Assembly (NCBI RefSeq): GCF_964204865.1 | Contig: NC_135254.1 | Span: 15,438,001-15,502,000 of the forward strand | DNA: 64,000 nt | Direction: 5' to 3' | Source of the DNA: Styela clava | Lineage: Eukaryota | Shown here: positions 12,001 to 25,549 of the stretch, one piece after another | How the letters are laid out: each line of letters begins with the position of its first letter | Position numbering within the stretch: position 1 is the stretch's first letter | The notes under the pieces: model-generated | What the model saw: the letters and a program-made list of their open reading frames with translations, nothing else | The model's database searches: none | Told to the model about the DNA's origin: nothing | Made by a program: the position numbers and the translations under genes

Positions 12001-15000
12001 GGTTGCTTCTGCTTTTGTTAATTAGACTTTGGGCAGCGTTGGAAGCTGCTTTTCCGACTATCTTTTCTTATATTTTAATATTTTCAAATCTGTAATTCAA
12101 TTTTTCCTCAAATTATTTTTTACTTATCTGTTGTATTCTGACAACTTCTGTTGGTTGCATTTTTGTTTTATAAATTATTAGTTTGATGAACGTTATTCTC
12201 AACGTTTGTTACTACCTCTTTCTACTTTCCACCCAAGTCTTCTTATATATGTATGTCTTCCATGATATACACATGTATACTATATATATATTTGTATATA
12301 GTATGCAGTATATTTACATATATATAACATTAAGCAATAGATGAACAAAATATTGTTTCTCGTAATATCGAATTTTGTGAAACAAGATTTTGCTTTGTTA
12401 GACTATTGTGGCATTTTAGGTCCCACGGGCCGCATGAGCCCGCCCAAGCATTTAGTGCGACCCCCCTCCCTTCCACCCCTGCTCTTGAATAAAGTTGTAA
12501 AAATTCATTTTGTGAGCATTAATTGGTGTTGAGTTATTTTCCTTTGTCAACCAAATTTGAGTCAGATGATGTTTTCTCTATGTCATATATATTTCTTCAA
12601 AAGCATTTAATTCAAGATATTTTACATGTAAATTTTAACTGTGAGTAACTTGTAGCCTACTTCTCTTAAAGTGCTTAAACTCTTTGCATAAAAGATTTTA
12701 TGAATGCAGCCCTTGGAATGAACTTCGTCAACCACTGAACTATTATCTTCATCTTGTATAGGCCGTGGCGTGATCCACATTACATGAGGGTAAAATATAA
12801 AATTGGAACGAAGTATAGTCGCACAACCACTTAAAATATTTTTTGTATCCAATTTTGAATTACTAACTGGATTATTGTTTTGGCAGCATTGATAAGAAAC
12901 GGGGAAGCATGTTTTCACTTGGAAACCTGTTTTCTTGGGGATCTCCGGTAAAAAAACTTTCACCAAAACAACAAAGAAGCGCTTCGGCTGCTCCACAACC
13001 AAAACAATCCATGTTGAATAGCTTTGTTTCCAACATGTTCAACTCTTATGCTATAATGCAGGTAATGATTACGTCAATATTTGCAACACGTTAGACATTC
13101 CAAGATTCAATTTAGCCAATTGTGGTTTGCTCGCGTACATTATCATTACCCACAAGGCCATATTTTGCTATCAATCACCTGGGAAAGTTGATGGTAATTC
13201 TTAAGCTGTGTAAACAGGAGTTGTTCTCATTTTTCATGTCCGAACCAATTGGTTTGCAGGATTAACCGGATCTCAGGCTGTCGTGTTTTACCGATCTATT
13301 AAATTTAGAACCGATAGGGATCCAAAGGTAATTTTGTTTAATGAAACAAATCATATAATTTTTGACGGATGTGGTAATTGTATGCTATCAGCGCACTGAA
13401 TATAGGTCAGACTGTAGTAGTTCTATATTCAAAAATTGATACTTCCGTAGTGTGTGTACCAGGTTAGAGCCATAACTTTATTCCGATTTTCCTTATTTTA
13501 GTTCTATTATATACGAGTTCGGGGACCGTCTGTGTTAGCCAAGTGAATATACCCCCTCGTACCCCTGCCCATAGGTTTCAGTCCCTTCGAACAACTTGAT
13601 GTAAAGTACGCGAACAAAATTAGTTATTATCCCTTCCAAGCGGTGTAAATAACAAAAGGTCTATTTTTCCAGACGAGAGAATTTCGTGCTGGTAAGATAT
13701 TGAACTACATGAGAGGATTGTCGCTGAGTAACACTTATCCAATCTCTCCTTTTGCTGGCGCCGATCATATCGCTGAAGGTAAGAGTCGCGGTGACCGTAC
13801 ATTTGAACCCACGTACATTTGAACCCATGTGTATATCCGCGGGTTCAATATATATGCGGGTGCTAAAACCCATTAGGGTTAGTATGGGTTCAAATATCCG
13901 TAAAATAAAAAAAAATTGCATAGATGCAATAGTATGCAGGTGCAATTGTCGTGGGTTCAAATGTACGTGGATTCAAATGTAATGGAAACAAGAGTCGCAA
14001 TTCTTTTCATATCTGGATTACCTTATTTAAAATTTGGACACGAAATGGACCTATGGATTGTGTTGTTATTATTATGTTGTTGTTCTTGTTGTTGTTAATC
14101 TTCTTCTTGTGAAAAATTACTTATTAAAATTACTGGATCAATTGCTTTGACCAATGCTAAAAGATTGTATTTTCCACTAGAAGGCTATAACTTTTATTTA
14201 ATTCAAGAATTTCTGTGGACTGTATGGGATTCGTTTTGGATGTGCTATGACGCTAACCAAATTAAAAATGGCACACCTTGTGGAGGTTCCGCTTTCGCGT
14301 AATTTGATCTGGTGATCAGGCGAAGTGGTGAATACCGGTAGTCAACTATGGCGGATTTCATACCGGTATTACTGTGTTTTGGTCTTCTTGTACATACATT
14401 TGAGCATCACTCTATTGTTCAATCATCATATCCTTGTAAAACTAAAGAAACTTGAATAAATATTCAGTACAACCTGTTGCAATTTAGTTTTTTAACCAGA
14501 TATTGTAATTATTTTCAAATTTTTAATTTTTGAATAGTGGATGAATTCAAACATGTTACCGAAGCCATGGAATGCTTCCGTAAAAAAGTACATTTAGTTG
14601 ACTCCGGACTGACATTCAATACTCCATACCCTCCTATACTCAGACCACAGAGGGGAGTGGATTTGATCATCTCGTTCGATTTTAGTGCACGACCATCTGA
14701 CAATCACCAGCCTTTCAAGGTAAGGAATATGTCAGTAGTGAAATAGGTAATCGTCCGTAACGTGTCAAATCATGTTTAAATGTCCCCAATATACATATAT
14801 ATAACAGGATAACCACCATTTGTATTCTTTATTTGAAGGAAATTCTTCTAGCAGAAAAATGGGCACGTTTGCATGGAATTGCCTTTCCAAAAATTGACGT
14901 TTCGGTTTACGATCCAGAAAATATGAAAGAATGTTATGTCTTCCAAGATACGGGCAACGAGCGAGCTCCAATAATTATTCATTTTGTACTTTGCAACGAA

Positions 15001-16138
15001 CAATTCAAGAAATTTTCCAAGCCAGGTAAGAGAGTTATATATATATATACCGAATGAATGCTATGTATATATTAGATCTGTTGGTCTACAGTTTGGTTCA
15101 GGTTTGCAGTCCGCTGTCTTTCGTTTTAGACTAAAGTTTTTGGGTTCAAGCCTCCAAACAAACAATTGAACATTTCAGAACAAATTTAAAAATTCGGAAT
15201 GTTTCTCCAATGTTACCTGTGTCAATACATTTGGCATACGTAAAGCTAATATTTAAGTCAGAATTTGAATTTATATATATTGAATATTCTGAGCTCAACT
15301 TCTCTCCTAGGTAATCCTCGCACATTGCGAGATGCAAACTTAATATTAAATGTTTTTGTCGTATGTTTGAGAACATGTTACTTGTAACCTTGTTCTTGAA
15401 CGCTTCTTTACTTTTTTTCTATCTTAGGTGTTCCACGAGAGGCAGGTGACACCAGAGCAGATTTTAGTATCTTTGACAATCCCAAAACTCCTTACTCAAC
15501 TTTCAATTTCCAATATTCTCATCAAGCTTTTGATGATTTGCACGATTTAATGGAATTTAACACGCTACTAAACATCGAGGTAAAGTTATAGAAATTGCTT
15601 TTTATCGGGCTAAAATTTTGGTTCACTTCGTTCATGTTCAATTGTCATAAAAATGTTATTTTAAGTACCTGAACTGTAAAATATTAAGAACAAATGAGAT
15701 TCAACGCCAAAATCATTCTTTCTCAATCCAATCAAAAGTAAATTTTCAGTCAGTAACTTTAAAAAAGCTAAATTCTGTTAAATTTGATCTTATCAATCCG
15801 AATCCAAATTCTTTAAGTTTAAAAATTACAACAACCGACGTCTAAGTTTAAATAAAATGTTTTTTTTTAATTTCAGAAGATATTTTTTAAATCTTCCAAT
15901 ACTTTTTTGAAATAAATTAATTTCGCAACATTAAATAAATATATATATAAATAATTTATACTATTTTACACAGACAATAAAAGAGCAAATCCAGCACTGT
16001 GTTCAGTTGCGACGTCGCTCGAAATCGAGATGCTCAATCACCCTAAACGACATTAGAAAATCACGACACTTGACCAAAAAAGGAAGAAATATTCTGGAGA
16101 AAGTTCTACATAACAAAGATGCTTTGTTTCTTGATTAG
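3054..16138 (+). CDS. PLA2G4A: Cytosolic phospholipase A2 group IV (cPLA2-alpha-like), multi-exon
   Basis: Phase-consistent GT-AG exons: 3054-3097, 3497-3578, 4190-4350, 5046-5159, 5527-5564, 6448-6580, 8294-8430, 8834-9059, 9453-9570, 9652-9788, 9886-10009, 10263-10395, 11395-11460 (possible cassette), 12887-13061, 13673-13778, 14538-14719, 14839-15025, 15428-15579, 15974-16138 (TAG 16136-16138). Translation shows DPFQFFE-VEHEP, C2 Ca-loops (GDLMDVPDPY, DNDCNP, LMDSNYALDETIG), GSGGGFRAM, GGLSGSSW nucleophile, DWVEFTPYEIG, GVWGSAFSILFNR, YPISP, VDSGLTFN (catalytic Asp), SRCSIT. Confidence 0.95.
3685..3706 (+). repeat. Poly-G tract (~22 G)
   Basis: Homopolymer in a cPLA2 intron. Confidence 0.9.
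6090..6400 (+). repeat. Abundant dispersed repeat family (other copies ~7000-7350, 14035-14400, 18690-19020 reverse, 54250-54380)
   Basis: Recurrent blocks aaatggacctatg, ggaccaattgctttgaaattttcagtg, agaaggctattacttttatt. Confidence 0.8.
6623..6900. mobile_element. hAT-type MITE in cPLA2 intron
   Basis: Imperfect TIRs CAGGATGGTTCAA / TTGGACCACCCTG, near-identical 8-bp flanks ATATAGAA / ATCTAGAA, internal gcgggccac repeats. Confidence 0.8.
7445..8267. mobile_element. MITE with ~48-bp TIRs and TA flanks (Tc1/mariner-like)
   Basis: TCGTCACGCTAATAACCGAATTGCGTAAGTCATTTTT at 7445 is the exact reverse complement of the sequence ending 8267; TA on both sides. Confidence 0.85.
8294..8430 (+). CDS. 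PLA2G4A: cPLA2 catalytic exon (oxyanion hole GGG-R and GLSGS serine nucleophile)
   Basis: Translates TPTVAILGSGGGFRAMTGYAGAMKALYDSGILNCATYIGGLSGSS(W), bounded by tag| and |gtatat. Confidence 0.97.
13790..13988. mobile_element. Small foldback/MITE-like element with subterminal tandem-inverted repeats
   Basis: (tacatttgaaccca) x2 on the left and (gg[g/a]ttcaaatgta) x2 on the right; central ttagggttag. Confidence 0.7.
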
Positions 16139-16473
16139 ACTATTCACTTTATAATAATTATAATATACTCATATTGCACGTAACACCATTGGAGTAAACA
16201 TTTCCGGCTGTTTAAACTTGGTCCGTTGATGAACTTTAAAATCATATTATGTAGCTTTTTTTGTTTTCTGGCAGTAGCTTCATTTAAAGTCTATAAGGTG
16301 AAAGAATTGATAACCAAAATATGACTGACGAGAGAAGTATTTCTTACGAAATATGATTTTACTTGATTGTAAACATTATTGTTGCAACAATTTTTATTCT
16401 TGCACATTTTATGCCTTATTTTCTTGTTTTTTTTATTGGTTAGTTTTCACTTTTTTCAGTTATTTTGTACATA

Positions 16474-16479
16474 AATAAA
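16474..16479 (+). terminator. Putative polyadenylation signal of the cPLA2 gene
   Basis: AATAAA ~340 nt after the stop codon, following a U-rich 3'UTR. Confidence 0.45.
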
Positions 16480-19400
16480 ACACTAATAAGAATATAACAA
16501 CTATTTGTAGACTATGTTGATTAAGCCATTTTCTAGAATGTTGAGCTTTTACCTACGCAGATAATAGAAAAATAATAAAAGGAAAGACATACTTTTTGGA
16601 GATTTATGGAATCAGATGCAAACCATGAAATGATGGTGAACGCTTTAACAAAATTCATACTTAAAGTTCGATACTAATAGACTTGAACCATATCATATGT
16701 CACGCGTATTGTTCAACCAATACAAATTTTTCGAAATTATGTTTTCAGTATTCATACATTCAACTGTAATCATCGCTGTCATCTCCAGTATAGATTGCAT
16801 CAAAACACCTATAATGCTACCTATTTTATGTTTGCTTCATATAGATACGATAGCTGATAACTCATAATTGGAATGTTAGAGAAGGGCTGTTTAGGCAATT
16901 CCTCTGTGGTGAATAGGAAATTAATTTGAATAGTAGGCCTAATCCTATATGGGAATATCCTTTCTTTCGACCTAACACGGCAGCAGGCAGCAGACGACTC
17001 GTATGTAGTGGTAGAATTCAGGGGACTTGAGCTAACCCCTGCTCGAATTATCGCGATAAGTAGAAAACCCGTTGTTGTCTAGAGTTAGATCTTACGCGAC
17101 TGCAGCAATTGGGTAACGCGCACCGTAGCAGAAGACTAGTTATATTTAGCAGTTATGTATTATTTTTAAGTAAAGCGTGTCGCGTTAATTAAGGTTGCTT
17201 TCATAAGGGCATACATAATTTTTTGAAATGAGGGAATTTGTTGTTAGTAAGTTCGATACAAAAAAGAGCCTGTTTTTCAATTTTTGAAGCACACCTCATT
17301 TTGAATCACGCCCGTAACAAACCACATAGTTCAATATCAGTCACATGTATGTTCGTATATAACATTTGTTTTAAAAACATATAAGATTTTTTTAAATGAA
17401 TCAGCCAAATTTGAGACTGTCTGAGATTCATATTTGCATCTCAATCACGCTGGCATGGTGGGCACGCTTCCATCCTGGCCTTGCTGAGAGAGAGATAAAG
17501 AGGGAGAGAGATATCTATTGTTTCGTCAAATAGAAAACAAGCAATGGTGATATATATACAAGTTAATTTTGGGGACTAGACTTGGGGAAGCGATGCGACC
17601 ATAAGGTCATCAGAGTCATCTCATTTCCCTCCAAGTTCAATATTAAGATTCACAGTTAATGTATATAAACAATGTATATATAAAAGATATACTTGTTGGA
17701 GAGTTGACTAAAGACTAAATCCTTTACAGAATTTTTTTTGGTTTTAGCAACAAAATGGTACGACTTCCACGAGTTCAGAATTCTCGAGTAAAATAGTTAC
17801 GCTAAGTTAATCGTATTAAATGCAACACAGTCATTACCAAAGACTGCTCGGGCTGTAAAAGCCTCTGATTTTCCTTTTTTTTTATACTGTAGTAGTATTG
17901 TCACGCAAAATGTGAGAAACTTCTGATATATATATATAAAGTATTTACATTCTACAGTCTTGCATTGTTACAGCTGTTCTCAACGCTATTCAGACCTAGA
18001 AGTTTTACTCAGAGATTAGGCCACGTCATGTGCTTGGCTTTGTTGTGACGGTATATCACGTAGTCGATATCGAATTGCTGGCGATATTTCTTCCTCAGCG
18101 AACGTGCTGTCAGATCAGGAATATCATCATAATTTCCATAACGCAACCTTGGATTTCGCCTTAATTTTTTCCTGGAATAAATAGAACTTGTAGGTACGAC
18201 TTGTAGATGAATTGCATTTAAGTACTTGCAATATTCATATACATATATATATCCTAATATTTATTAAAATAATCTTTTCACATAGATACTGCAAAAATTG
18301 TCAAAATAATCGTAGACAAATGTGCTAATTAAAACCAATTTCCAAACCCGATACGAGTGCCAAAATAGCTCGATTATTTGTGCTGCAAACACGATTTACC
18401 AACTTGGGAAATGTAATTTGATTTTGCGCTGTACAGTTCTCATAACAAAGCTATTTTATCTGCGTGTTTTCTTAGTTAGACCATTCCGATATCTTGTTAT
18501 AGCTGTAACAATGGGATGAAGTACAAATATGAGCATGCATGGAATATTTTGAAAAATAAAACAGAAATGAGCGATTATGAGCTTAGTTCATAGACTTCTC
18601 ATAAGCATATAACACAAGAGAGTGGCGCTCAAATATATGGACACGAAAGTCAAAACAAAGTAGTGTGAGAATGCAATATGTCACAGTCGAATACCGCTAC
18701 CGTAGTGTTCATTACTTCGCCTGACCACCTGCTCGCGAATCTGGAATCGCCACAGGGTGTGCATATTTTAATTTCGATGACGTTGTCGCACACAAAAACG
18801 GACACTTAGTCTAGAGCTCGCAAAAATCTTTGAAATAAATAAAAGTAATAACCTTCTAGCGAAAAACACAAAACTCAACCACTGAAAATTTAGAGGCAAT
18901 TGGTCCTGCAGTTAATGAGAAAACAACAAGAATAACGTAACAACAAGGATGATAATTAGAAAAAAGAATTCTAAGAACAACATAAAAAACAAAACGATCC
19001 TTATGTACATTTCGTGTCCTATAATCTAAAGAGAAATCGTTCAGAAGTTGCGATAATCCCCATTTTACGCAAAATGAAGCTTCAGGTATTAAAATCTAAA
19101 ATGTCCCTACCCATACCCAAGCAATCTTCTGTATTCAATTTGAAAAAAATTAATGTTTTACTATTTTATCAGACCTTAACATTTCGTTTTCTTTTCCAGT
19201 AGTTTCTATTGCCGTCTCGCATTTACCGCAATGCTTGTGAATAAGAGACAAAAATATCCTTGTGGCTCTAAAAGTATGTTCATAATTCAATATAAAAAAA
19301 AAAAAATTTGTTTGTAAAGAGTTACATTAAAATACATTGAGATATTTTTTGCATTTGTGTGTAATATTTTATTTGGTATGTAAGAAGGAAGTAATGAAAC

Positions 19401-22179
19401 CAAGCACGCTTACACTTAGGAGTCACAATTGAACCTAAAAACAGAAAACCTTAGTAGTTTGTTAGGAGAGATAATTTTAGATTCTATAAACCAAATATGC
19501 TCCGTGTCCGCCTTGATGGATTATAATGGTAGCGGTGTTGGGTCACGCAATTGGAATATGTCTTCCCATAACAGGACATAGCATACACCCATGCTAACAT
19601 CCAGTTCATATATATATACGAGATATTATTATCATTTACACATTGAACATACATTTTATAATAACACGTTAGAAAAGACAAAATATGTCCAAATCGGAAT
19701 TCGACCTGAAAAGCATTACAATAAGGTCAGCCATCAGTCAATAACAACAGAAGACCACTAAAGCAGTAAATATCTATTCCTAGCAATTGAGGAAATAGAC
19801 ATTTGTTAATTCCTAACGTCTGGAAGCGTTTTTTCTCTTGATTGTCTGTTTTATAGTTTTTTAAGTGAGGGTAGGCAGTGCCCTTCAAAGACCTAGCACC
19901 AAAATAAAATTTGCGAAAGAGTCATTGAAACCTATGCTTTTTAACCGATTTACCGTAAATCCTTACCTATTACTTCGACTCAATTTTAGAATAGCTTCAT
20001 TTATTCAAGTGTCATTTACACACAAAAAAATCTGAAATCAAGGAAAAAGTTTCCCTATTAACGTATGAGAACAGAACCTGATGATTGTTTCAATGGGACG
20101 CGAATGGGAAATCAATGGTCGGTTGTACGTTTTTAGATTATTTGAAAAAACCCCTAACCATATTCACCTGATTTCACTTTCCACGTAAATCATGTTCGAT
20201 TTCTTTGTGATGTCAATATTCCTTAATTCCTGTTCCATCAAGCAATTCAATCGAAGAGCTCTATTTCTTGTATTTTTGTAATTCGATTTTGATGAATTAC
20301 CGTCGATACTCATTTTCAATATAATGTGTTATAAAAATATTCGCTATTTACATTTATTTTACGAAAATAGCTTTCTATCCTTCTTTGTACTGTATATTCA
20401 AGTCGTATTTTACGCGATGTGGATGACTGCCCACAAAGTCAGTTATAGATAAACCTACGCTCCTCGATGAAAAATAAATTAATATTTTCAATAAATTTAG
20501 ACAGACCTTCCAGGTAATGTATTCCCTTCTACAAAATCTGAAACTACAGCGTGCATCTGTATCAATGAAATACATTCTGTCAAACAAATGGACATCAAAT
20601 ATATTGTCCTGCACAGAGATTTTTTTTTGAGTGAAGCGATTCTAACGAATGAAGTTAGTAACTGAGATACGTTGTAACTCAACTCAAATTAGCCATAAAT
20701 ATAAATGGTGATTCTTAGCGTAAAAGAAAACAAGAAACACTACACCTGTGCGACAGATCTGTCTAACTTCCAATCTCTAAGTTGCTAAAACCGACAGCTC
20801 GTTTTTCCAAGTAGCCTACTTTGGCTGTCGTAAATACCTAGATCAGAAAGGGCCAATCCGCACTTTCACATAGGTTTGATTGTTCAAAATGTCCACATAC
20901 ACAACAATTCTCCGGTGCGCGCCTACTCATATGTATAAATAATACTCTTTCAGGTTTGCTTTCATTAAAAACATTAAAACTGTTCAGTCAGTCTCATGAA
21001 AATAATATTTAGGTGTCAACATTATAACAGCGCTGAAATTAAATTGACGCAGTTCAGGGTACTTTTGTATTTGTTCTTTTACTTGTTTGGTTATTTGCGC
21101 TAAGCTGGCCTATAAATTAAGCATATATACATATAAATCCACAGGTTTAATAAAGATTTGAGTAACATCTTCAATACTATAAACCGATTTAAAGTAATGA
21201 ACCTATGATGATGATCAACTGTTAAGGCTAAGAAATATACAAGGTCAAACTTTTTTAATTGGACAAACTTCTTAAATGCAACTTGTTATATATATATACA
21301 TGTATATATGAAGTGTGTCATGGAAAATCATTTATGCCATTTTATATGTTTCTTTTTTATGCAGTCTATATTTATCTAGCATTCACCGGGTGCTAAATGC
21401 TCATGTCTTACACATTGTGGTTGTTTTCATACATTTGCGAAATACTCTCAGTCAGAGATTCACCAGAAAAATAAATCTGTCATGCGAGTTTAGAGTCAAT
21501 CCTCGATGTACGGAAATACTTCTACAATTATATATATACAATACTATTCAATGGGGAACTGCTGACTCTCGGGTCACAAAGCATGACCCATCATGTTTTT
21601 ACGAATTAATGCAAAAAACATACTGGACTTAAAATTTCAACAGTAAGCTGAGTATAGTAGGCTACATCGTTACCAACTGCCAACAGTGCCTTCACAAATC
21701 TTATAGCATACAATGGATCTGATAACTTTTGTAACTTTCACAAATTGGCATGGTTTTGAGGAGATTGTTTCTGTTTATTACAGCAGTTACATTTTAGAGG
21801 TGCAATGGTTCTGGAAGTATCCGAGAGCCATACTCATGTTCCTTTGCCGTTCATTCTTCTTTGGCATTCAGTGTCGTTTGGAAAACATAATTTTGTTGAC
21901 TTGAATTAGAAATCTGAAATGAAGATGGAGCGGGATGGTGGTGACTTTACTTCGGTTGAGAGTAGATCGAAGACGATAGTAGAATTTTCTTTCAAACTCT
22001 TTCGAATGTAGGAGAAGTTTTTACCCAGCATTGTTTACGTCTTTGTTTATACTTATACACGCGAACCCGTGTTTTCACACACTAACATAAGTTGCATAAA
22101 ATCGAGTATCTGTAATCGTCACAGTCCTGAAAAAAGTGCTGTTTGTGTAAAGATCAAAACTGCGCACTATCTATGAGCA

Positions 22180-22532
22180 AATGACGCAAATTCCCCTTTT
22201 TTCTAATTAAAAAGTTCGTAATTTAAATCCTTGCTATGGATGTTTCCCCGATCATCGATTGCCTTGTTTATTTCTGTAACAATGACCAATCAGCAAAAAA
22301 GTAAACGATGACGTAACAATGGTAATTTTTTTACAGACGCCCTGTTCGGTTGTAAACATTACCTCGTTTTCGTGGTTTTGCGTGTTATTTGTCAGATTTC
22401 AGTTGTGTTTCTAAAAATTAGTTGTAAATGAAGTAATTTAATTGTCAATATGTCTCCCGATGAGCTTTAGTTTAGTTGCAGTAATCAAAAATCAGTCCCA
22501 GAAAAGCTGCGATAGACTATGCTCAAAGTAAA
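22180..22532 (+). promoter_or_regulatory. Candidate Notch promoter / non-coding 5' exon
   Basis: TGACGCAA (~22182), CCAATCAG (~22286), TGACGTAA (~22309), then an acceptor-like tttttttacag| at 22336 and a donor aa|gtaagc at 22533 that could splice to ttttacag| at 25387. Confidence 0.3.
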
Positions 22533-24109
22533 GTAAGCTATCAGTACCTCTTAGCGGCAACTGGTTGTATATTTTGAAAAAAATATGATGGTTTTTGATC
22601 ATGTAACTAAGTTTGTAAGTGCCAACTTTTCAATAAGCAACCAAAATGTTGCAATAGCAAAGTATGGGGAGAATTTTTCTGGGGTCACGGGTCGGGGAAA
22701 CATCCTATATATAGATATTACGATTTCAGTTGATTGTAAAACATTGAGTAATGTCAGTGGTATATCAATACGACAAACACTGGACACATATTGTTGTGGA
22801 ATCTGCGACAGTAGCATAAAAAGTTGATAAAATAGATGGATTGAATTATGCCCACCACTCGTTTCGTGCACTACTGCCGCTATGTCAGTCGCTGGTCTCT
22901 CTATGTGCTTGTGCATCCAGCGACTGTTTCGAACCTATTGGCCGATCTAAAAAATATTCATGAATAGCGATCTACATGTAGTTCTTAGTGTCGTTGATTA
23001 TTGCAAATTTTTAGCAGTAAATTATAGAAAAAAAATATTCGTTTTTCATTCGAGGTGAGGAAATATGATTATCGAATTGATAAATTAATAAACCAGTTCT
23101 TTCCGTTCACTTTGCGCTTACCTGTCAAGATGCATACATAGCATTTGGTGTTGCACGAAGCAGACACTGACCAATGACTATCCAAATCACCATGCGCCCA
23201 AGTAATAATTATTAGTTGAGCCAACTCATAATATTCAATAAAATCTGCTAACTATCAGATAAAAATGTTTTGATTAATTGATGTTAACATTCTACTCATT
23301 CATATTCAAAAATGTATGAGATTATTACTCCATGCACCATTGGCGACTGTCGCTGCTGGACTGGAGCTTGCCTGTCGTGATTTCCTGCAGACTGTCGTAA
23401 ATCTGTAAATAAAGAAACCCAGACGCGACGGGAACTTGATAGCTGTTTTCTATCTATTGCAAGGAAGTACTAGCCAAGCAACCAGCGGGATATTTGTCGC
23501 AAATATGCAATTGTCAATGCAGCGATATTCCAGTATTTGCTTACACACGACAAGTTTAAGTGATAGGCTCAAAACTAGGAGGTACCCAGGTACCGGCAGA
23601 CCGGTACCGTAATTCAGTACAGCAGTACGGTAATGCAGTTTCTAGGGAACCGGTTTTAGACAGGATTAATAATACCTCTTTGTCAGCGTGTCAGTTAATA
23701 AGCTGAATATCTTTAACTGTTGTTAATCATATGCAAAATTCTGAAATATAATTTTCTGAATCTGAAATTTTCACGATCACCATAAGACAGTAAGAAGGAA
23801 AGTAGAGACCAAATAATAGTCTTATGTCTGTTCTGGTACCGGTACCGGTATGTTGTATTGACTGACTGTACTTTTTGTCATTTACGACAACATACATAAG
23901 ACATTATTTTAGAGTTTGAGTACCATACTATAAATCTGTATGCTGGTATGCGAGTATTTCAAACTACTGTTATAAACGTCTATAGTCTGATAGTAGTCTT
24001 TGTACCGTATAATTCTAGTGAAGTAGTATAGAACAAACTAAAATTTTTGTCTAATTTCAAACTTTTTTGTATGGTATTTTCTGTATATTTACCAAAAATC
24101 TTTTAGCAA

Positions 24110-24463
24110 GGCGGCGGTGTGGCTCAACGGGCTAAGCGTTAGGAATACGCTCGCCACCGCACCTCTAATTACTCTGCGTGGGTTCGCAGGTTCGAATCCC
24201 ATGTAGGGATGGTTATGTGCGAGAGGATTGCTGGACTCCTCGCCGTCGTTGGGTGGTTCACGTAACCGCTGGTCGGTTACGGCTTCCTCCACCACCAAGT
24301 CCATGCTTCCGAAGACAAACAATACAGTAAAAACTAATCCCATACCCGACTTGGAATGGTAACCGGACGAGAGGCCGTGGTTCGCCATATGGATAAGCCG
24401 TCTTATCGGCTTTCCTCTCCCCCGGGATAAATATGTAAATCCTATCCTATCCTATCCTATCCT
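24110..24463 (+). mobile_element. tRNA-derived SINE, apparently full length
   Basis: GC-rich island with pol III A-box (TGGCTCAACGG) and B-box (GGTTCGAATCC), ending in an (ATCCT)n tail; a degenerate second copy lies at ~44680-44950. Confidence 0.85.
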
Positions 24464-25549
24464 TAAAAGCATGCAGTCAGTGAATACTGAAATAAGCTTA
24501 CTCATAAATAATTAAAAATTTCAAAATATTAAATTAATAATTAGATGAAAAATACTAACCATTGTACTGTTGTAAGCAGTGTAGTAAAGAACTAAGGAAT
24601 TTCTATTGTGTCTATTGGAGTTGGATGTATTACTGCATTATTAAGAATTTAAACAAGAAGATGTTAATTTTGAATTGAACACCTCCAAATAAATAAAAAA
24701 AAAAACTAAAATACCTTATCAAAATATTTAATTATGGATATTCTCAAATAAAGTAAACAATAATATGATTTTTATATCTTCGGATTAACAGCTCAACCAA
24801 ATTCATCTCTTCATTTTGGAGCCCCACAAGGGAGAAAATCTCACACTCAATACTACTTGATTCATGTATTGATTTTTAGGTTAATCTCTTATTAATCTTA
24901 TGGATGCAATAATGTCACTGAAAGATTAGTGCCATAACTGTATAATAATATATTATAGAATGTGGGAACTGTTTTAATAATCATTATGCTTTTAAACTGC
25001 TAGCTTGATATTTCTAGTTAAGCATTTTGAGCTATAGAAGCAAGACAGATTAGTCTGAGTTACAACACTGCCATATTTCCCAACTTGGGAGGGATTCCTT
25101 ACCAAGGAGAAATATTGTCACTCGAGGAGGAATTTTGCTTTATATATGCTGTAGTCTTACAAGTATTGTTTAGTTCTTTATCCTTACTGTAGCACTTCTC
25201 TTGTGCATAACACTAGCTAAAAATCGATATATGAATACAGTTTTTTTATGTGTAGGGAGAGAGGAACATAGAGTTCCAAATAAGTTGAAGAAAGAAATTG
25301 AACGAAAAATATTGGGAAGCACTGGTTTATTTGAACGTCTTGGGGGTAGTAGGCTGTTTTTGATATAATGTATTCAATATTTTACAGATGATAGTTCAGT
25401 TAATTCCTTATCCACTGAAATAAAAGAAGGAATGTAATCAGCAATAAAGAGATCAAGTTAATTTATTTAATAAGGTTTTATCATATTTTACTCTTGTGAC
25501 ATACATATTGTATCGTATGTCGAGGAAGTGGATTTAACTTCAACAAAAA

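Noticed and set aside
12402-12497. Possible additional Pro-rich cPLA2 exon (GPTGRMSPPKHLVRPPSLPP)
   Set aside because: Phase does not fit the flanking phase-2 junctions and the GC-rich part resembles the gggccgca core of local hAT MITEs; cannot be supported without RNA data
17580-17637. Hairpin with CTGATGA on the minus strand (hammerhead ribozyme candidate)
   Set aside because: No GAAA after stem II and no proper three-way junction; more likely a repeat fragment
16500-22100. Possible additional gene between cPLA2 and Notch
   Set aside because: Only short ORFs with no recognisable domain or consistent exon chain; contains repeat fragments
24110-24205. tRNA gene
   Set aside because: Has A/B boxes but no closable cloverleaf, continues into a 250-bp body with a simple-repeat tail and has a decayed second copy, so it is a SINE
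24089-24388. 99-aa minus-strand ORF
   Set aside because: Antisense reading of the GC-rich SINE
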